In this document: positions 36,041 through 50,270 of the stretch, piece by piece
Numbering within the stretch: position 1 is the first letter of the stretch
Layout: the number at the start of each line of letters is the position of its first letter
NCBI RefSeq assembly: GCF_004010195.1
Contig: NC_057720.1
Location: 30,744,831 to 30,808,830 of the forward strand
Reading direction: 5' to 3'
Source: Chiloscyllium plagiosum
Taxonomy: Eukaryota
Length of the DNA stretch: 64,000 nucleotides
The notes under the pieces: model-generated
What the model was told of the DNA's origin: nothing
What the model saw: the letters and a program-made list of their open reading frames with translations, nothing else
Databases searched by the model: none
Translations under genes and position numbers: made by a program

Positions 36041-37679
36041 TTAGGTAAATACAAGGAATTACAAGAAATGCAGTTTAAGTCAAATGAGGCAGTGGCAATG
36101 TCAAACTCATTTTTTAAAATATCAGTTCATGGAATGTGGACATTGCTGGTTATGCCAGTACTGTATTTATTGCCCACCCCAAACTGCCCCTTGACTTGAA
36201 GGGCTTGGTAGGGCTATTTCAGAAGGCAGTTAAGATTCAAATCACATTGCTGTGGATCTCAAGAGACATATACACCAGACCAATTAAGGACGACAGATTT
36301 AATTCCCTCAAGAACATTACTGAAAAAATGAGAAGGGTGTTTGCAGAAACAGCAAACAATAAAGATTACATAGGAAAAGTGCTTCAGTGGAGTGGAATGC
36401 AGTGAAAGTCAGTGTGAGCCTTAAAAAGGATTTAGAACACATTTTTATTTACATCAAGAATAAAAACTCAAGTAACAATTCCAATGCATTCAGATCAAAT
36501 TTGGTAACTTGTTTCATGTTATGTGCGCATAATAATTCAAGCTGACTTTACTGGTTGTTGTGTCCCTTCTTTCTGAAAAGATGCATTAAAACTTGGAGGT
36601 CGACCAATAAAAGGATGTTGTTTGGATTTATCCGATACTCCATTTTTTTCCAAATTTCAGGTAGTCACAACTTTGCATTTCACCTCTATAAATCACAATT
36701 ATATCTAATCTACAGTGTAGAAAGATTACGTTGTCTGATCCATTAGTCATAGAACTTCTAAAGTTAATTAGCAACAGCAAATACTAGATTAAAACTTTGA
36801 AGTCAAACATCAATATTCAATAGCGTTGATCTGCAAAAATTTGATGCAAGAACTTGGTACCAATGCTTACTAAATGACTGTTTGCACATGAAGTGAATGG
36901 ATTTCAGCCTTTCTCTGCAAATTCAACCTCCACATACAAGGAGAAACTCAACATTTCAACCGAAGGAGGCCTCAAGCAAACTGGATTTATCAGTCACTAG
37001 TCCTCAGTAAAAGGAGCTGCTCAACCTCTTGCGCTCTGTGAGATACACAGGAATGTGTCAATAATCCTCAAAAAATGGGATCATATGTAATTAATTGTCA
37101 GCACAAATGCTTCATAAAAGGGAATTTAGCAGCAATTTTTCAGTGCAGACAGCACCTTCACAACTAGTCAATAGCATTCTTTCCTCGGATTCAGAAAGCT
37201 ACTGTGCAAGTCCATACGTAGAATATCAATTATTGAGCCCACCATGTATGCTGGCTCTCAAACTGAGCAATTCACCTCGAGCCATTTCCCTGTCTTCTCC
37301 CCATAATATATTTTCTTTTCAGACAATAATCCAAACTCTTCTTAAATGCCTGGACTGAAGTTCCTTCAGACAGATTCAGATAGTTCATTCCCGATTTTAA
37401 CCATTAAAAGAAAGATTACTTTCATGATTCCCTTACATTTGTATTCTCTCATTCTTGGTTGTTCCAACAGGGAGAGCACTATTTCCCTGTCTGCTGTATC
37501 CAATATAGTCATGATTCTGAGTACCTCAATCAAATCTTCACTCAACATGCTCCAAAGATAACAGATTGGAGAAATTCAGACTGTCTACATAACTGAAGTT
37601 CCTTAACCTTCTTGCAAATCTTATTTAATTTTTATTCTTGAACACAATCTGGACTGACATTCCAGTTGCGGCACTTAGG

Positions 37680-37985
37680 GAGTGTTGCCAGTGCATCGCT
37701 GAAGATCAGCTGCACTATTGGAGGCACTGACCTTTGGATGAGACATGGGCTCTTTTACATCGGTCAATGTCACTACTTTAAAGAACAGGATATTTCTCAG
37801 AGTGTCTTGGTCCATATATATGCCTCAGTATACACCTAAAAACAGATCTCATAATTACCCACTGTCCTTCATATGAGCTGGCTGTGTACAGCGATTATGA
37901 CAGCGATTTTACTACTTGCGAAGTGTGAAGTTATTTCCGAAGTCACGAAAGGTACTAAATCAATGATAGATCTTATTTTTTATTT
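37680..37985 (+). mobile_element. DeuSINE (SacSINE1-like) remnant
   Basis: gctgcactattggaggcactgacctttggatgagac..aaaaacagat.. resembles the Deu domain; related copies ~57830-58150 (-) and ~58470-58830 (+). Confidence 0.5.
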
Positions 37986-38380
37986 CTTACTCTCTCTTTT
38001 TCTTCAGATGCTGATATATATTTCCAGAACCTGCAATACTGTATTTTCAAATGAACAATGTTATGGTCAAAATGTTTGGCTATTGGCTGCCATAATACTG
38101 CTATTTTTATACAAGCATAAGAAACTTTCAATTACATTGACACACAATTGGGGCAACAAGATTCAGTGTTAAAACAGGTATGCTTCTGCAACTTCTACTC
38201 CAGAATGCTTAGAAAAGTCATCTTAAATGATCAGGTTATGTCTCATGTGCACAAAAATCATACCTTTCTATAACTGAAGATCCAAAAATCAAACTATTTT
38301 CCCTTACTACCAACTCCACATCAATACTTGGTTTAAGATGAACATGTCTGCAATTTTTACATGTGGCTCTGAAAAGGATA

Positions 38381-39162
38381 TACAATCTGTTCTGCTGTAA
38401 TTGCATTCTCATGTGGCCTCATGTTAGAGAAAATCACATAAAAGAAATAACAGTTCCTATGGGAAAAACAGGGTTAGGGGAACCCACCAAAAATATCAGT
38501 AAAAATAAAAAAAAGCTATCCTAACACAAAAGGTAGCACAGTCTAAGTAAATGTTAAAATCATATTTTAATGAAATAATACAACAAATTTAACATTTTAA
38601 GGGGCTAGTGAGTTTGCCGAGTTACAGTATTGTGTTAAGACAAGGGCTGAGGGTCGTCATCATTATTTTCAGATGCAGCTCTGTGCGCAGGACTACGACA
38701 AAAGAAAATATTTAGTCCAGAAGTGGATGGGCTTTGATTCATTGCCCTCAGACTATTTCTTGGGGGTTGGCTTAAAAAAGGCATCTAGATTTTGCTGCTT
38801 TGCCATGTGTGCCTAAAAAATTAGCTATAAAAGCTGCTATTGCATGCTGGTCCAAGATTTAAATGAGAGAGGTTGCGTTCGGAGGTAGAAACAGCACTTT
38901 GATGAATTTTTTTTTCCTGCAATAATTTGTAAAAACATCTTCAAAAACATCAATGCAAATGATTAGGCAGAAATTGCCCTGTCATCCAACCTCTTTTGCT
39001 TGAGCTGAAGTAAACACCCGAGTGGATATTAGGTAACCAGGGATGGAATTGTGTAATAGCCATCGGGAGTTCACATTTTTTTAAAAATTGTTCCATAATT
39101 CACCAATTGTGTTACCGCCAAATCACATTAATGAAACGCACATTATATGAGAACGACATGTA
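38381..39162. mobile_element. Possible Tc1/mariner (Tigger-like) non-autonomous DNA transposon
   Basis: TA-flanked degenerate terminal inverted repeats tacaatctgttctgctgtaat / attatatgagaacgacatgta. Confidence 0.45.
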
Positions 39163-40632
39163 TGCAGCATTTTGCTTCGCCTGTCTCAGCTCCTCTGCTA
39201 CTGAAATACATTCCCACTATTGTCATCACCAACCTTTGACTGTTCGATATCCTCTTATCTCGATTAGCATTTGGCACTTCCATAAAGTCTTAAACAGAAC
39301 TATGAAGGATACATCCCATCTCAAAGCAAGTCACAAATGTTCATCACTCTGTCTTTGCTCCTTTAGAACCCTGTGTGCAGTGCAGTCATTTTAATAAACC
39401 CTTCCAAAACCTCATTCGCTTGAAACTTCCTGCTGTATCCTTTCTCTGTTGAGTGTGGATCTCAGAAAGCTATGTTGAGTTGATGGTAAATTGCTCATCT
39501 TCTAAACATCTGGCCTTAGTAAAAGATAGTTTTATTACTCACTTACTAGATTTGGCTGTTGCTGGATAGGTAGCAGGTAAACCTGGAGGGGGAGTTCCAG
39601 CATCAAGACTGATCGACAGTGAAGGAATGGAGATACAGTTCAAAGTCAAGATTGTTTATGGCTTGAAGGGTGAAGTTTCCAGTTATCTATTATACTTGTT
39701 TTTCTCGGTGGTAGAGGTTGAGTTTGGAAAGTGCTGTCGAAGGAGTCCAGCAATTTGCTGTAGTGCACCTCACAGATAGCACACTGTGTGTTAGTGAAAA
39801 GAGTAGATTAGAAGATGGTGGATGAGGTACTCATTAAATTCAGACTTAGGTTTTAAATTAGATTCCCTACAGTATGGAAACAGGTCCTTCTAGCTGAAAA
39901 AAATTCTTCCTCAACTCAGATCTAAAAGATGAACCCTTCCCTGAAGCTGTGCCCTCAGGTGCCAGTCTCTCCTACTAAGGGAAGGGACTTCTCCATGTCC
40001 AATCTATCCAGGCCTCTCAATATTCTGCAGGTTTCAATGAGGGGCCCCTGCAATGTGGTTGGTTGACTCTTAACTGCCTTCTGTGCCATTAGGCATGGGA
40101 AATAAATGCTGGCCTTGTTGGTCATGCCCTAATTTCATGAATTTTTTTTAAAAATTGTTTATTGTGTCTAAATACAGCAGAACAATTCTCAGACCATTTC
40201 TCTTCACTTACAAATCTTTGGCAATCAGCGAGTAGAAATGAAGTGAGCATCCCACGCTATTTACAAGAGTATTTCTTATAAATAAAGTGGTAAACAGGTC
40301 ATGAACAACAGGCATGTGCTGTGATCCGAAGGCTTGAGCTAAGCACATGTAAAGTTTCATGATCAAACAAAATACTGCTTCAGCAAGTGATGATCTAAAA
40401 TTTATTTATAAAATAACTAAGATCACAAGACCAGGATGATGACAGAAGAATGCAAAACTATAGCGTCATAGAGTATCTGATAATGCATGGGATTTGGAAG
40501 AGGTATGGTGAAACTTTGTGTTGGTCTCACTATAAAGAAAGTTCCGTTTTGTTAAATTAATAAAAGCAGAAACATCAAATTGTGATTGCTTTCATCTACT
40601 TTACCCACTGCTCTGAGAAATAATTAATAGAT

Positions 40633-40919
40633 GGGCGGCACGGTGCCTCACAATGCCAGGGACCTGGGTTCAATTCCCACCTCGGGCGACTGTGTGGAGT
40701 TTGCACATTCTCCCCATGTCTGCGTGGGTTTCCTCCCACAATCCAAAGATGTGCAAGTCAGGTGAATTGGCCATGCTAAATTGCCCACAGTGTTAGGTGA
40801 ATTAGTCAGGGGTAAATATAGGTTAGGGGAATGAGTCTGGGTGAGTTACTGTTTGGAGAGTTGGTGTGGACTTGTTGGGCCAAATGGCCTGTTTCCATAC
40901 TGCAGGGAATCTAATCTAA
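40633..40919 (+). mobile_element. HE1-type V-SINE with internal deletions
   Basis: gggcggcacggtg..gggttcaattccc..tgtgtggagtttgcacattctcccc..ggaatctaatcta. Confidence 0.9.
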
Positions 40920-42929
40920 ATCTTAAGTGAGGCTATTCTTATTTAGTGCAATTTACAATTCCTCACAGAATGAAATAGTCTATGCTTACAAGCAACAACT
41001 GGGAACCGAGGCTTGGCCTCAAGCAGTAAATACCATTCACAATCTTCAAGACATCTTCAATCGGTTTATTTTTAATTCACTCATGGGACATGGGATGTGG
41101 ACAGCACCAGCTAGCATTTATTGCTTGTACCGAATTTCCCATAAGTGAGTGGTGGTGAGTTACCATTTGTACACTGCAGTCCATGTGCTGTAGCTAAAGC
41201 CATTAGGAAATTGTTTGATATTCATTTGCCATATGCTTCAGTCAACATTCATTGAGCAGAAATGGATTTGAATATTTTGACACATGACAAATACGGAATG
41301 TAGCACACTTGCTTAGCTTGGACTGTTGTTCCTATTGCTTTCCTCAATTGAGGGACTTCTCACTTCATGCTGGTGTCAAATGTCACACCTCAATAGGGCA
41401 GCATGGGAAATCAAACTCTGCTAATCCCAGAGTTTTTGCAAATGTTAAAAATGTTATCAAAGTATGTAAATTCCCCAATTTCCAGACAACAGGAGATGGA
41501 AGCAAACAGAAAACACGCTATGTTTCTGTACTTAACAAGAATGATTATTTATTACAATTAAATAGATTTTAACTACAGGTAAACAACTATGAACAGTTCA
41601 CACATAACTCTACAAGTTAAAACTCTAACCCTCTTCTAAAACCACATCATGCACACATAAAAAATAAAGTTGGTGTTGAGTGTAATGAAGAAAACTGGGG
41701 AAGCAGTTCAGTGACTCCAAACAACAGTTCTGATGAATAGTCACTTAAACTTGAAATATTCATCCTGGTTTCTTCCTACAGAGGCTGCCAGATCAGAGTT
41801 TCTTTAGCAAAATCATCTGATTACCCAGTCCAAAGGGTTCACTGAGATGATACTTTTTCTTAACAGAATATTTAGTTCTTCAGTCATGTTTCTCAAGGTT
41901 ATTTTCACTTTTTCATAGGACACACAGGTAAACTAACTGCAAAATCTCTTAGTTACAATTAAAGACCACATCTTAAGCAACTTCTCAAGGTTATTTTCAC
42001 TTTTTCATAGGATCTGCACTATTGTGCTTTTATTCTCAATACCTGCATTTAAGTGAGATAGATAGATAGATTCTTGAACAGTAGGAGAATCACAGGTTAC
42101 AGGGAAAGGGCAGAGTGTAAGAAATGTCACATCAGCCATGATCCTACTGATTGGTGGAGCAGGCTTGAGGGGCAGAACAGTCTACTTCTGTTGCTATTTC
42201 TTAAGGTTTCTTGTGGCACTCAGAAGCAAGGAATGGACAATAAATCCTAGTCTCGCAGGCAACATTCACTTCCTAAGGCTGAACTAAAACTTACTTTCTC
42301 TGCTAATTAAGCAGAATGGTACAGGTCAACTAATGTTTCAACCTTTCTATCTCAACATGAAAACTCATCTGCTTAACAATTAAGTTACTCAGATGAAAAT
42401 AGGGCAAGTTAACTGAAAGAGGAAAGAAGAGAGGAAAGTGGGGTCCTGCTACCTTTTGTGGTGTGCACCATCACATATCTCACATACAGTAAAGAAGATA
42501 GTATTCTAGGCTTTTCCAAGAGTTAACATAGATTTGACAATTTTAACAGAAGTTTCTAATCTAAGATTTCAAGCTCATCTACCAAATTCATCGTACAAAC
42601 CATTCCAAGAGGTAGAACTCGAGCCTTCCACAAATGCTGTGGCTGTTTACTGAAAGGATAAAAATAGATAGTTACTAGTATGTTTCTAGTAACCTTTTGA
42701 CCTATTAATATCATGATGGCATCAAATGCTTAGAATGCCAACATTTGACAGATTGCCAGAGCAGGTCAATTCCAATCTTACACTTTCAGTCTTGCAGTCT
42801 AATCAAGCTATTATTTGCATGATGGTTGGAACTAAATACCTTTTTGCAGTTGCCAATCTATGTGTATCAGCTTGTATAATTTCAACAACTAATTCAGAAA
42901 TTTATGGAAAATGGTGACAGATATATGGA

Positions 42930-44590
42930 GTGGCCAAACTATGGTGTTTAAAGTAAACCTAAGTAGGACTATCACTGCACAATTGTAAGTGAGTCCCCAT
43001 TGCAACACAACCAAAGATGCCTACCGCTCCAACACTTTGGAAAATCAGGTCAAAATGCTTGAGGTCCTCCTCCCAACTTACAAGCAGAAACTGAAATGAG
43101 AGGATCCTTCACAGAAAGTAATACAATGCTAGTCTGAGGCAGTGGAAGAGCTTCTCCAGGGCTGCTTGGAATCAGTGGACTACACCATATTCAAGAATTC
43201 AACAGGTTGTACACCACCACCATCATCATTGACTTCATTAGCAAGTGTAAAGAGGACTGTGTATCAAAGAAGTCAATCCATGTGTTCCCCAATTGGAAAA
43301 CTTGGATGAACAGGGAAATTTACTGTCTACGGAAGATCAGGCGTGCAGCACTCAAGTTGGATGACCCAGACATTGACAGGAAGTCCAGATATGACGCTGC
43401 AAGGCCATTCAAGGTGCCAAGAAGTAGTACCTGACAAGTTAGAAGCCCAAACTAACCAGACCGATATCTGCCACCTGTGGCAGGATACAAAATGAAGCAG
43501 AACAAAGTAGTGGACAAAGTCATATTCTTCCCTGATACACTCACTGCTTTGTATGCTCAGTTAAAGCAGAATGCCAGTGGCGCGGTGTCACCTTCCCCGA
43601 AAGCTAAGATGCACCTGCTCCCTCTGTCACTGCTGCAGGTGCCAGATCAGTCTGCTTGAGAGCAAAACAGAGGAAAGCAACTGGCCCAGACTGAGTCCTT
43701 GGCCATGCACTCAGACCCTGTGCAGACCAGCTGGTGGAAGTATTTGCTGACATCTTCATAGTCTTCTTGCTACAATGGGAAGTCCCCACCTCTCTTAAGA
43801 CCACCTTCATCACAGTACCAAAGAAAACACTTGCAAAGTGCCTCAACCACTACCACTATGTGGGTCTGACCTCCATAATCATGAAATGCTACAAGAAGTT
43901 AGTCATGGCCCACTCTAGCCTCCCAGCCTGCCTTAATTTCCTGCAATTTGTCTACCAGTAGAATGGGTGCACAGTGGATGCCATTTCCCTACACTTGTCC
44001 CTGGAACATCTAGATCATAAGAATATTAATGTCAGGCTCCTACTTAGTGACTACAGTTCCACCTTCAACACCATTATCTCCTCCAGACGAATTGCAAAAC
44101 TCCAAGACCTAGGTCTTGACAACTCTCTGCAACTGGATCCTGAACTTCCTGACCCTCAGACTATAATCAGTGAAGATAGACAACAGCACCTCCTCCACAA
44201 TAATCCTCAATACACGTGCCCCACAAGGATGTGTACTCAACCCCCTGTGTACAGTCACAACTGCGCAGCCAAATTTCATACAAGGAGTATTTACAAGTTT
44301 GCAGACCACATCACTGTTGCAGGCTGGATATCAAACAATGATGCGTCAGAATACAGGAAGGAGATAGATGGCTTGGCATAGTGGTGCAATCTCTCTCTCA
44401 ATGTCAGCAAAACAAAAGAACTGATGACTTCAGGAAGAAAGGAGTAGGTCACGCCCCCTATCTATATCAATGGAGTGAACGTGGAGAAAGTCAAGAGTGT
44501 CAAGTTCCTCAGAGTGAAAACCAACCACCTGTTCTCAACCTCGCATGTAAATGCGGTGGACAAGAAGATACAACAAAGCCTCAGTTAGTT
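42930..44590 (+). mobile_element. Rex1/Babar-type LINE, decayed RT
   Basis: VFPNWKTWMN; FITVPKK..CLNHYHYVGLTSIIMKC; VRLLLSDYSSTFNTI; APQGCVLNPL; KFADHITVAG. Confidence 0.8.
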
Positions 44591-44612
44591 TGACTCGACC
44601 ATAAGTAATCAT

Positions 44613-44801
44613 GACGTGCAGGCGCCAGTGTTGGACTGGGGTGAACAAAGTTAAAATCACAACACCAGGTTATAGTCTAACAGGTTTATTTGGAGGTACA
44701 AGCTTTCAGAGTGCTGGTCATTCATCAGATGACAAAAGAGGAGCACTCCGAAAGCTTGCACTTCCAAATAAACCTGTTGGACTATAGTCTGATGTTGTGC
44801 G
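44613..44801. mobile_element. Fold-back Penelope-derived element (same family as the 14832 terminus)
   Basis: Imperfect ~58-bp arms ~44658-44715/44742-44799, degenerate CTGATGA..GAAAGCT core, TSD ataa(g/c)taatcat at 44601-12/44802-13. Confidence 0.7.
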
Positions 44802-45299
44802 ATAACTAATCATATCAATGTTAAATTCAAAGGGTCCTGTCAAAGAATTATACCTTAATTTCACTAATGCTAAGTGAATATAGCACATTTAAAATATTCA
44901 ACAGTTGTTGAAAGTAGGACACCAAATTGCTTCCAGTAAATTGCTTTGTTAAGTGAAAATACCATTTAATGGAATGTAAAATCACCATCATTTATCCAAA
45001 AACTAATTAGGCTTCAGATGAGGAAGACAACAAGTAGATAGATAGGCTGCATAAGACAAAACTGTAGCATTTACACTCGGATTGTCAAGAAGCAATGACA
45101 GAAGAGTACTTATTCTTTTCTTAGGTGTGGCCAAAGTTTGTTTTGGGTGACTTATTGATGGGTTTTATAAAAACAAACAACTTGAATTCAGCAATTGAAA
45201 GTAAAATGTCAAAACTGACAACCAACATTTAACTTGGAGCGACAGATAATATTGCCAAATGATTCTGACAGAATATAGTAACATAATAAGACATAATTC

Positions 45300-45570
45300 A
45301 TAAGACATTTGTTGGTCGGATTTGGGCATCGCTGGCAAAGTCAACATTTGTTAACAATTCTTAATTACACTTGAACTGAATTGCTTACCCAGCCCTTTAA
45401 GAGGACCATTAAGAGTTAATCACATTGGTGTGGTTCTGGAGTCATACATAGGCCACATCAGATAAGGATGGCAGATTTCCTTTCCGAAAAGACATTAGTG
45501 AACCATATGGATTTTCACAACAATTGATATAGCCTCAATCACCATTCCTAAGATTAGCTTTCAATTGGAT
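45300..45570 (-). mobile_element. Shark SINE-like repeat (copies also ~19715-20000 +, ~36110-36330 -, ~50380-50710 +, ~61425-61800 -)
   Basis: Shared core ggatggcagatttccttcc..gacattagtga and aagagtcaac..ctggagtcaca. Confidence 0.6.
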
Positions 45571-47831
45571 GAGTGAAATAAGAACAAAGATATACCAGTT
45601 AGGAAAGGCTCAACGAGTTGGGCTCTCATCTTCAGAAACAAGAAGATTGAGAACTGATTCAGAGATTGTTTAAATTATGAAGGGGTTTATGATGACCTCA
45701 AAGGAGACAATTAACTTTTGAAAGGAAATTTGAACTGTCGGTTAACTGGAAGAATCATAGTACAAAATTTCACATTTTATAACAAATACCTTAACTGTAC
45801 AAGAATTAGACAAAATAGGTTTATTGAGCAAACATTTAGATTTGAAAACACAAAAATGTCAACAGGACATCTCTCCTATTTTTATTACCATCATGAATTC
45901 TTATTTATGCTGGGACATTGAAAAGAGCCAAAATTCTCTTCAAGGAGAGTTGTGACACACAATTGTTTGGTCTAGTGAAAATGCCTCAAGATCCTTTAAT
46001 GTATACACGCATAGCATTTTTAAAAATTCTATTAGATTTCAGCCAAGCAATCCTCTAACTCTCCTTAAGCTCTTCACGAATGTGGACCTCCAAACAATAA
46101 ACTTTACTGCCTTCTAGCTTAAAGTTTTTTTGGAAGCTCCTGACAATTTTCTGTCCATTTGCTTCCAAGCTGTTTCAGTTCCAAATGTAAGTGACATGTT
46201 ACTAGTGAGCAAACCAATTGTTTCTGAAGAAAATACACAGCTAAGACTAAATCAAAATAGCGCCACCCTACAATCTAACCCAATGGAAATGTGGCAGCCC
46301 TGGGATGCCCTGGATAGATATTTAAACTAACTAACTTCAATTTCCAAATATCCTTTGATCTCAAAAGCATATGGATATTTAAAACCATATTAACCCATTG
46401 CTCTCAGACCTTCCTCTAATTTGAGAAAACTTATTGAGAATGTTTATGGTTTTCACATCTCTAATACTCAGTAAGTAAACACAGACCGTCATCTGAATGG
46501 AAATCTTAGAGGTGTTTCCCAACCTCTCAGTTCAGGGTTTCTCCCATTTATTTTACATTTAACACTTCAAATCTCAACCTAAAAAAGTTATATTCCTAAA
46601 ATATACAAACCATGAAATTTAGTATTTTTCAAACAGGTTCTTTGGACAGGCATAGAGAAAATATTCCAACTTGTTGGAGAGACAAAAACTAATTGCTGTA
46701 AATACAACATAGTTACTAAATCCAACAGGAAATTCAGGAGACAATTCTTCGCTAAAGGGGAAGATAGATATTCTTTAGCGCAATAAATACTAGCCGGTCA
46801 ATGAAGCCCATGTTCCACGAGTGCATAATCACAAAGTAGAAAAGATAACTTTGCAGGATTACAGGAATAGGGGTTTGTGTACACAATAAAAAAATCAGAG
46901 TCCAGCGACCCTGCTTCAATGTTGTAGGCTCTTAGTAATTATGCAAGAATTATATCTGCAGACTCTGACTCTACATAGAACAGCTTAACAACATTAAATT
47001 AATTTGAAATGTCTGTGCAAAGAAATTTATCAGCAGCAAGGGCAGGATTGAGTCAATGTTAAACATAGTCCTGCAAGCTAGAACTTAATGGACTCCAGAA
47101 TTTAGAATTCACTGCCAGGCAATTACTAATTGACAAAAAATACTAATTTGAAATTTTAAAAAGAATAAACACTACATTCCCAATGAATGTATTATCGCTT
47201 ATTAGTACTATTAGATCTCACCTACTCCTGCACAACAGATATTAGATTCCATACAAATGCAGTAATGTTTTTTTTAGAAAGGGTTTCACAAAGACACAAG
47301 GTTGCTTGAGCGAGTGGTGGTGTCATTAGCTGAACATGATAATCAAGCAGACAAAGATCATGTGTATCCTTGGGTATGATTCATGGCTCTTTTCCAATAG
47401 ATTGTATTTAAATTCATTACAATTTTGTGTAGGATTAAGTAGTGAAGCTAAACAGTAAAGTCCCCATATGCTTCATTCCACATTTTGCTACAAAACTCAC
47501 TTTTTCATTGTTATAGATTATATTTACAACAAGTACCAACATTTGAACATGCCTGACCACGGCCCACAATATTAGCCACCTTGTGATTGGCTCACTACCA
47601 AATGAAGGAGCAGAACTAAACAACCATTTTGAATTTTAAAAATTTAAATATTTTAAGTTAAATGTGCAGTACCTAATATCAATATTGCCTCAGCTTTTGT
47701 ATAACAGTTGCAATGATGCTCTGCATAAAGTACAAAAAGAATGGTGTGAGAAGTTACAAACTTCATATGCATTACTGGTAAATCCATTGAAAATGTATCC
47801 TGTATTCCTTTAATGCCAGTTGTCATATTAC

Positions 47832-47922
47832 GTTCCTGAAGAAGGGCTTATGCCCGAAACGTCGATTCTCCTGTTCCCTGGATGCTGCCTGACCTGCTGC
47901 GCTTTTCCAGCAACACATTTTC
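47832..47922 (+). mobile_element. Single Penelope terminal-repeat arm carrying a hammerhead motif
   Basis: Near-identical to the arm of the 50089 element. Confidence 0.8.
47836..47863 (+). ncRNA. Minimal hammerhead ribozyme motif
   Basis: CUGAAGA-A-GGGC-UUAU-GCCC-GAAAC-GUC: intact core, canonical GUC triplet, palindromic ACGU stem III. Confidence 0.7.
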
Positions 47923-49581
47923 AGCCCATATTACATCACAACTTGGTATCAAACAAGACCCCTTTGTTATGGTACCTCATGCATACTATTCAGCACAGAA
48001 TTGCAGTAGTAGTGCCCCATCCCTGAACGAGGAGGTCTGGGTTTACGTCACACCTGCTCCAGAGGTGACATTTCTGAACAGGTTAAATAGAAAATATCTA
48101 TACAGGAGTTGACATTAAGGTATACAAAGAACTATACAAAATCCTTGGCTTAATTGCCTTACGAATATTTTTTACGATATGGCTTCTCAACCATATCTTC
48201 AAAATAGTTTTCTCTGCCTATTACTTGGAGCATTGGACAGGTACAGAAAGGAGAAGCTGAGATCACAGTTCCATGGGTTTCAACTCAAGTACTGAGTTTT
48301 AGTGGAAAGGTGACCTCCATCGGCTCGCAGTGAGAAGTGACAAGGCCATTTGTAGAGACCGAGCAGCAGCTTCGCTGCTCATGTCCTTGAGTTTCCTCCT
48401 CGGACAGTTCCACGAAGCCCTGTTCCAACCTTTAGCAATTCGACCCCATGTTGCTGCTGAATTCAAGGATTTAGTAGTCTTCTAGACATTCTAGGAGTTA
48501 CAGGAACAGTTTGAGTATAGTGTGTTTGTTCCATATTATTCACTACCGCTGTCATTGTTACAAAGGCACATTCGAAATAATGGAAAACATTAAAATCATC
48601 ACAAAGTTAATCTGAAAGTACCATTTCTCAGAGTTTAGGTTTAAGGGCCGAACCCACTCAGGCAAGAAGAGAGAGAAAAATAGGAAATATTATTTTTACT
48701 ACTCTCAGAAATTGCCAGGAAAAATCTACAAAACTACCATGTACACATTAACAATACAGTGTTCCAATCACACCAAAACATAGTAATGATGAAAATATTT
48801 AGGGGAAGTAGAAGAGCTCAGCACCAAACATTTTGTTAACAATCCAGTGGTATCAAATCGTGGAAAACAAGTCCGGGTAAATACATAAAAATAGAATCAG
48901 GAAAATGAAGGAACTTCATCTGTCGTGTGCTTTTTGGTGAAAAGGGTAGGGAAACTAGGCTTCCTCTCTAACCTACAATATTCTTTGTGGCGAGGGTGAG
49001 GGAACAGGGAAGGGAACATTCATTTCTGAAGCACATGGGGAAGTGGGAATGTGAACTTCAATGCTATTATAGTCCAGAATTATGGATGCATTACTCACCA
49101 GCACCGACAAAATTCAGTTAACTTCCAGTTTGTGCTAAATAACAATCATATATGATGTGAATAAAATCACAGCAGCATGGCAGAATCTCAAGATGGCTAA
49201 TCAAAAAACTTCACAACTACATGATTTGGAAGATTCAATTTCAAATAAATCTCAATTAGAGTTGTGATTTCAGGAAGCATCTAGGCCAACCAATTGAACA
49301 ATGTGTGGTCTGACTGGAGGAATTACTTTATTCGAATATGTGACCTGCAGTAGACAAGAGTCATCAATACGATACCTAAAAATAGGAACTAAGTGCACCA
49401 GAAATTAAGGAAAATTAAGGGAAGTGATGTTTCAAAAGTGCTTTATAGGATTTCAAAGCAGATGTTAAGTGTCCATTGTATTAGTGCGCAGTTCATTTAA
49501 TTACTGAATTGTAGAATCATAAGAACTCGGCAATTCTGCACAGAAAACCCAGGGATGGGAGTGAAGGTTACCTAAGATTAC

Positions 49582-49955
49582 AAAGAGATCTTGATCAATT
49601 GGGTTAATGGGCTGAGGTTTATAAAATCATGAGGAACATAAATAAGGTGAATAGCAAGGGGAATTTCAAAACTAGGAGGCACTTTTTTTAAGGTGAGAGG
49701 AGAAAGCTTTAAAAAGGACATGAGGAGTATCTAATTTTACACAAAGTGGTTCATGTGTGGAATGAACTGCCAGAGGAAGTGGTGGATGGAGGTACAGTTA
49801 CAACATTTAAAAGACATTTGGATAAGTACACAGATAGGAAAGGTTTGTTGGAATCTGGGCCAAATGCAGGCAAGTGAGACAAGTATAGTTTGGGAACATG
49901 GTTGACTTGGACGAGTTGGACTGAAGGGTCTGTTTCCATGCTGTACAATTCTATG
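49582..49955 (+). mobile_element. CR1/HER1-type LINE 3' end with internal deletion
   Basis: Same 3' UTR as the 1636 and 5577 copies. Confidence 0.8.
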
Positions 49956-50088
49956 AGGTGGTGGCAGCAATATTAATTGTTTTGTTAACTATTAAAGTGG
50001 GACCAGCTGGAGGTCAGTTCAACCATGGATCTGAGTCAAGACCCCACAGTCCTAGCACCTTAGTTAGATGGCAATAGATTTCCTTCAG

Positions 50089-50270
50089 AGCTTAAAAATG
50101 TGTTGCTGGAAAAGCGCAGCAGGTCAGGCAGCATCAAAGGAACAGGAGAATCGACATTTCGGGCATAAGCCCTTCTTCTGTTCCTTTTGATGCTGCCTGA
50201 CCTGCTGCGCTTTTCCAGCAACACATTTTTAAGCTCTGATCTCCAGCATCTGCAGTCCTCACTTTCTCCT
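50089..50270 (+). mobile_element. Fold-back Penelope-derived element, young
   Basis: ~61-bp arms 50085-50145/50178-50239 (one indel), 31-nt tail, exact 16-bp TSD aatagatttccttcag at 50073-88/50271-86; hammerhead remnant on minus strand 50153-50180. Confidence 0.88.
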
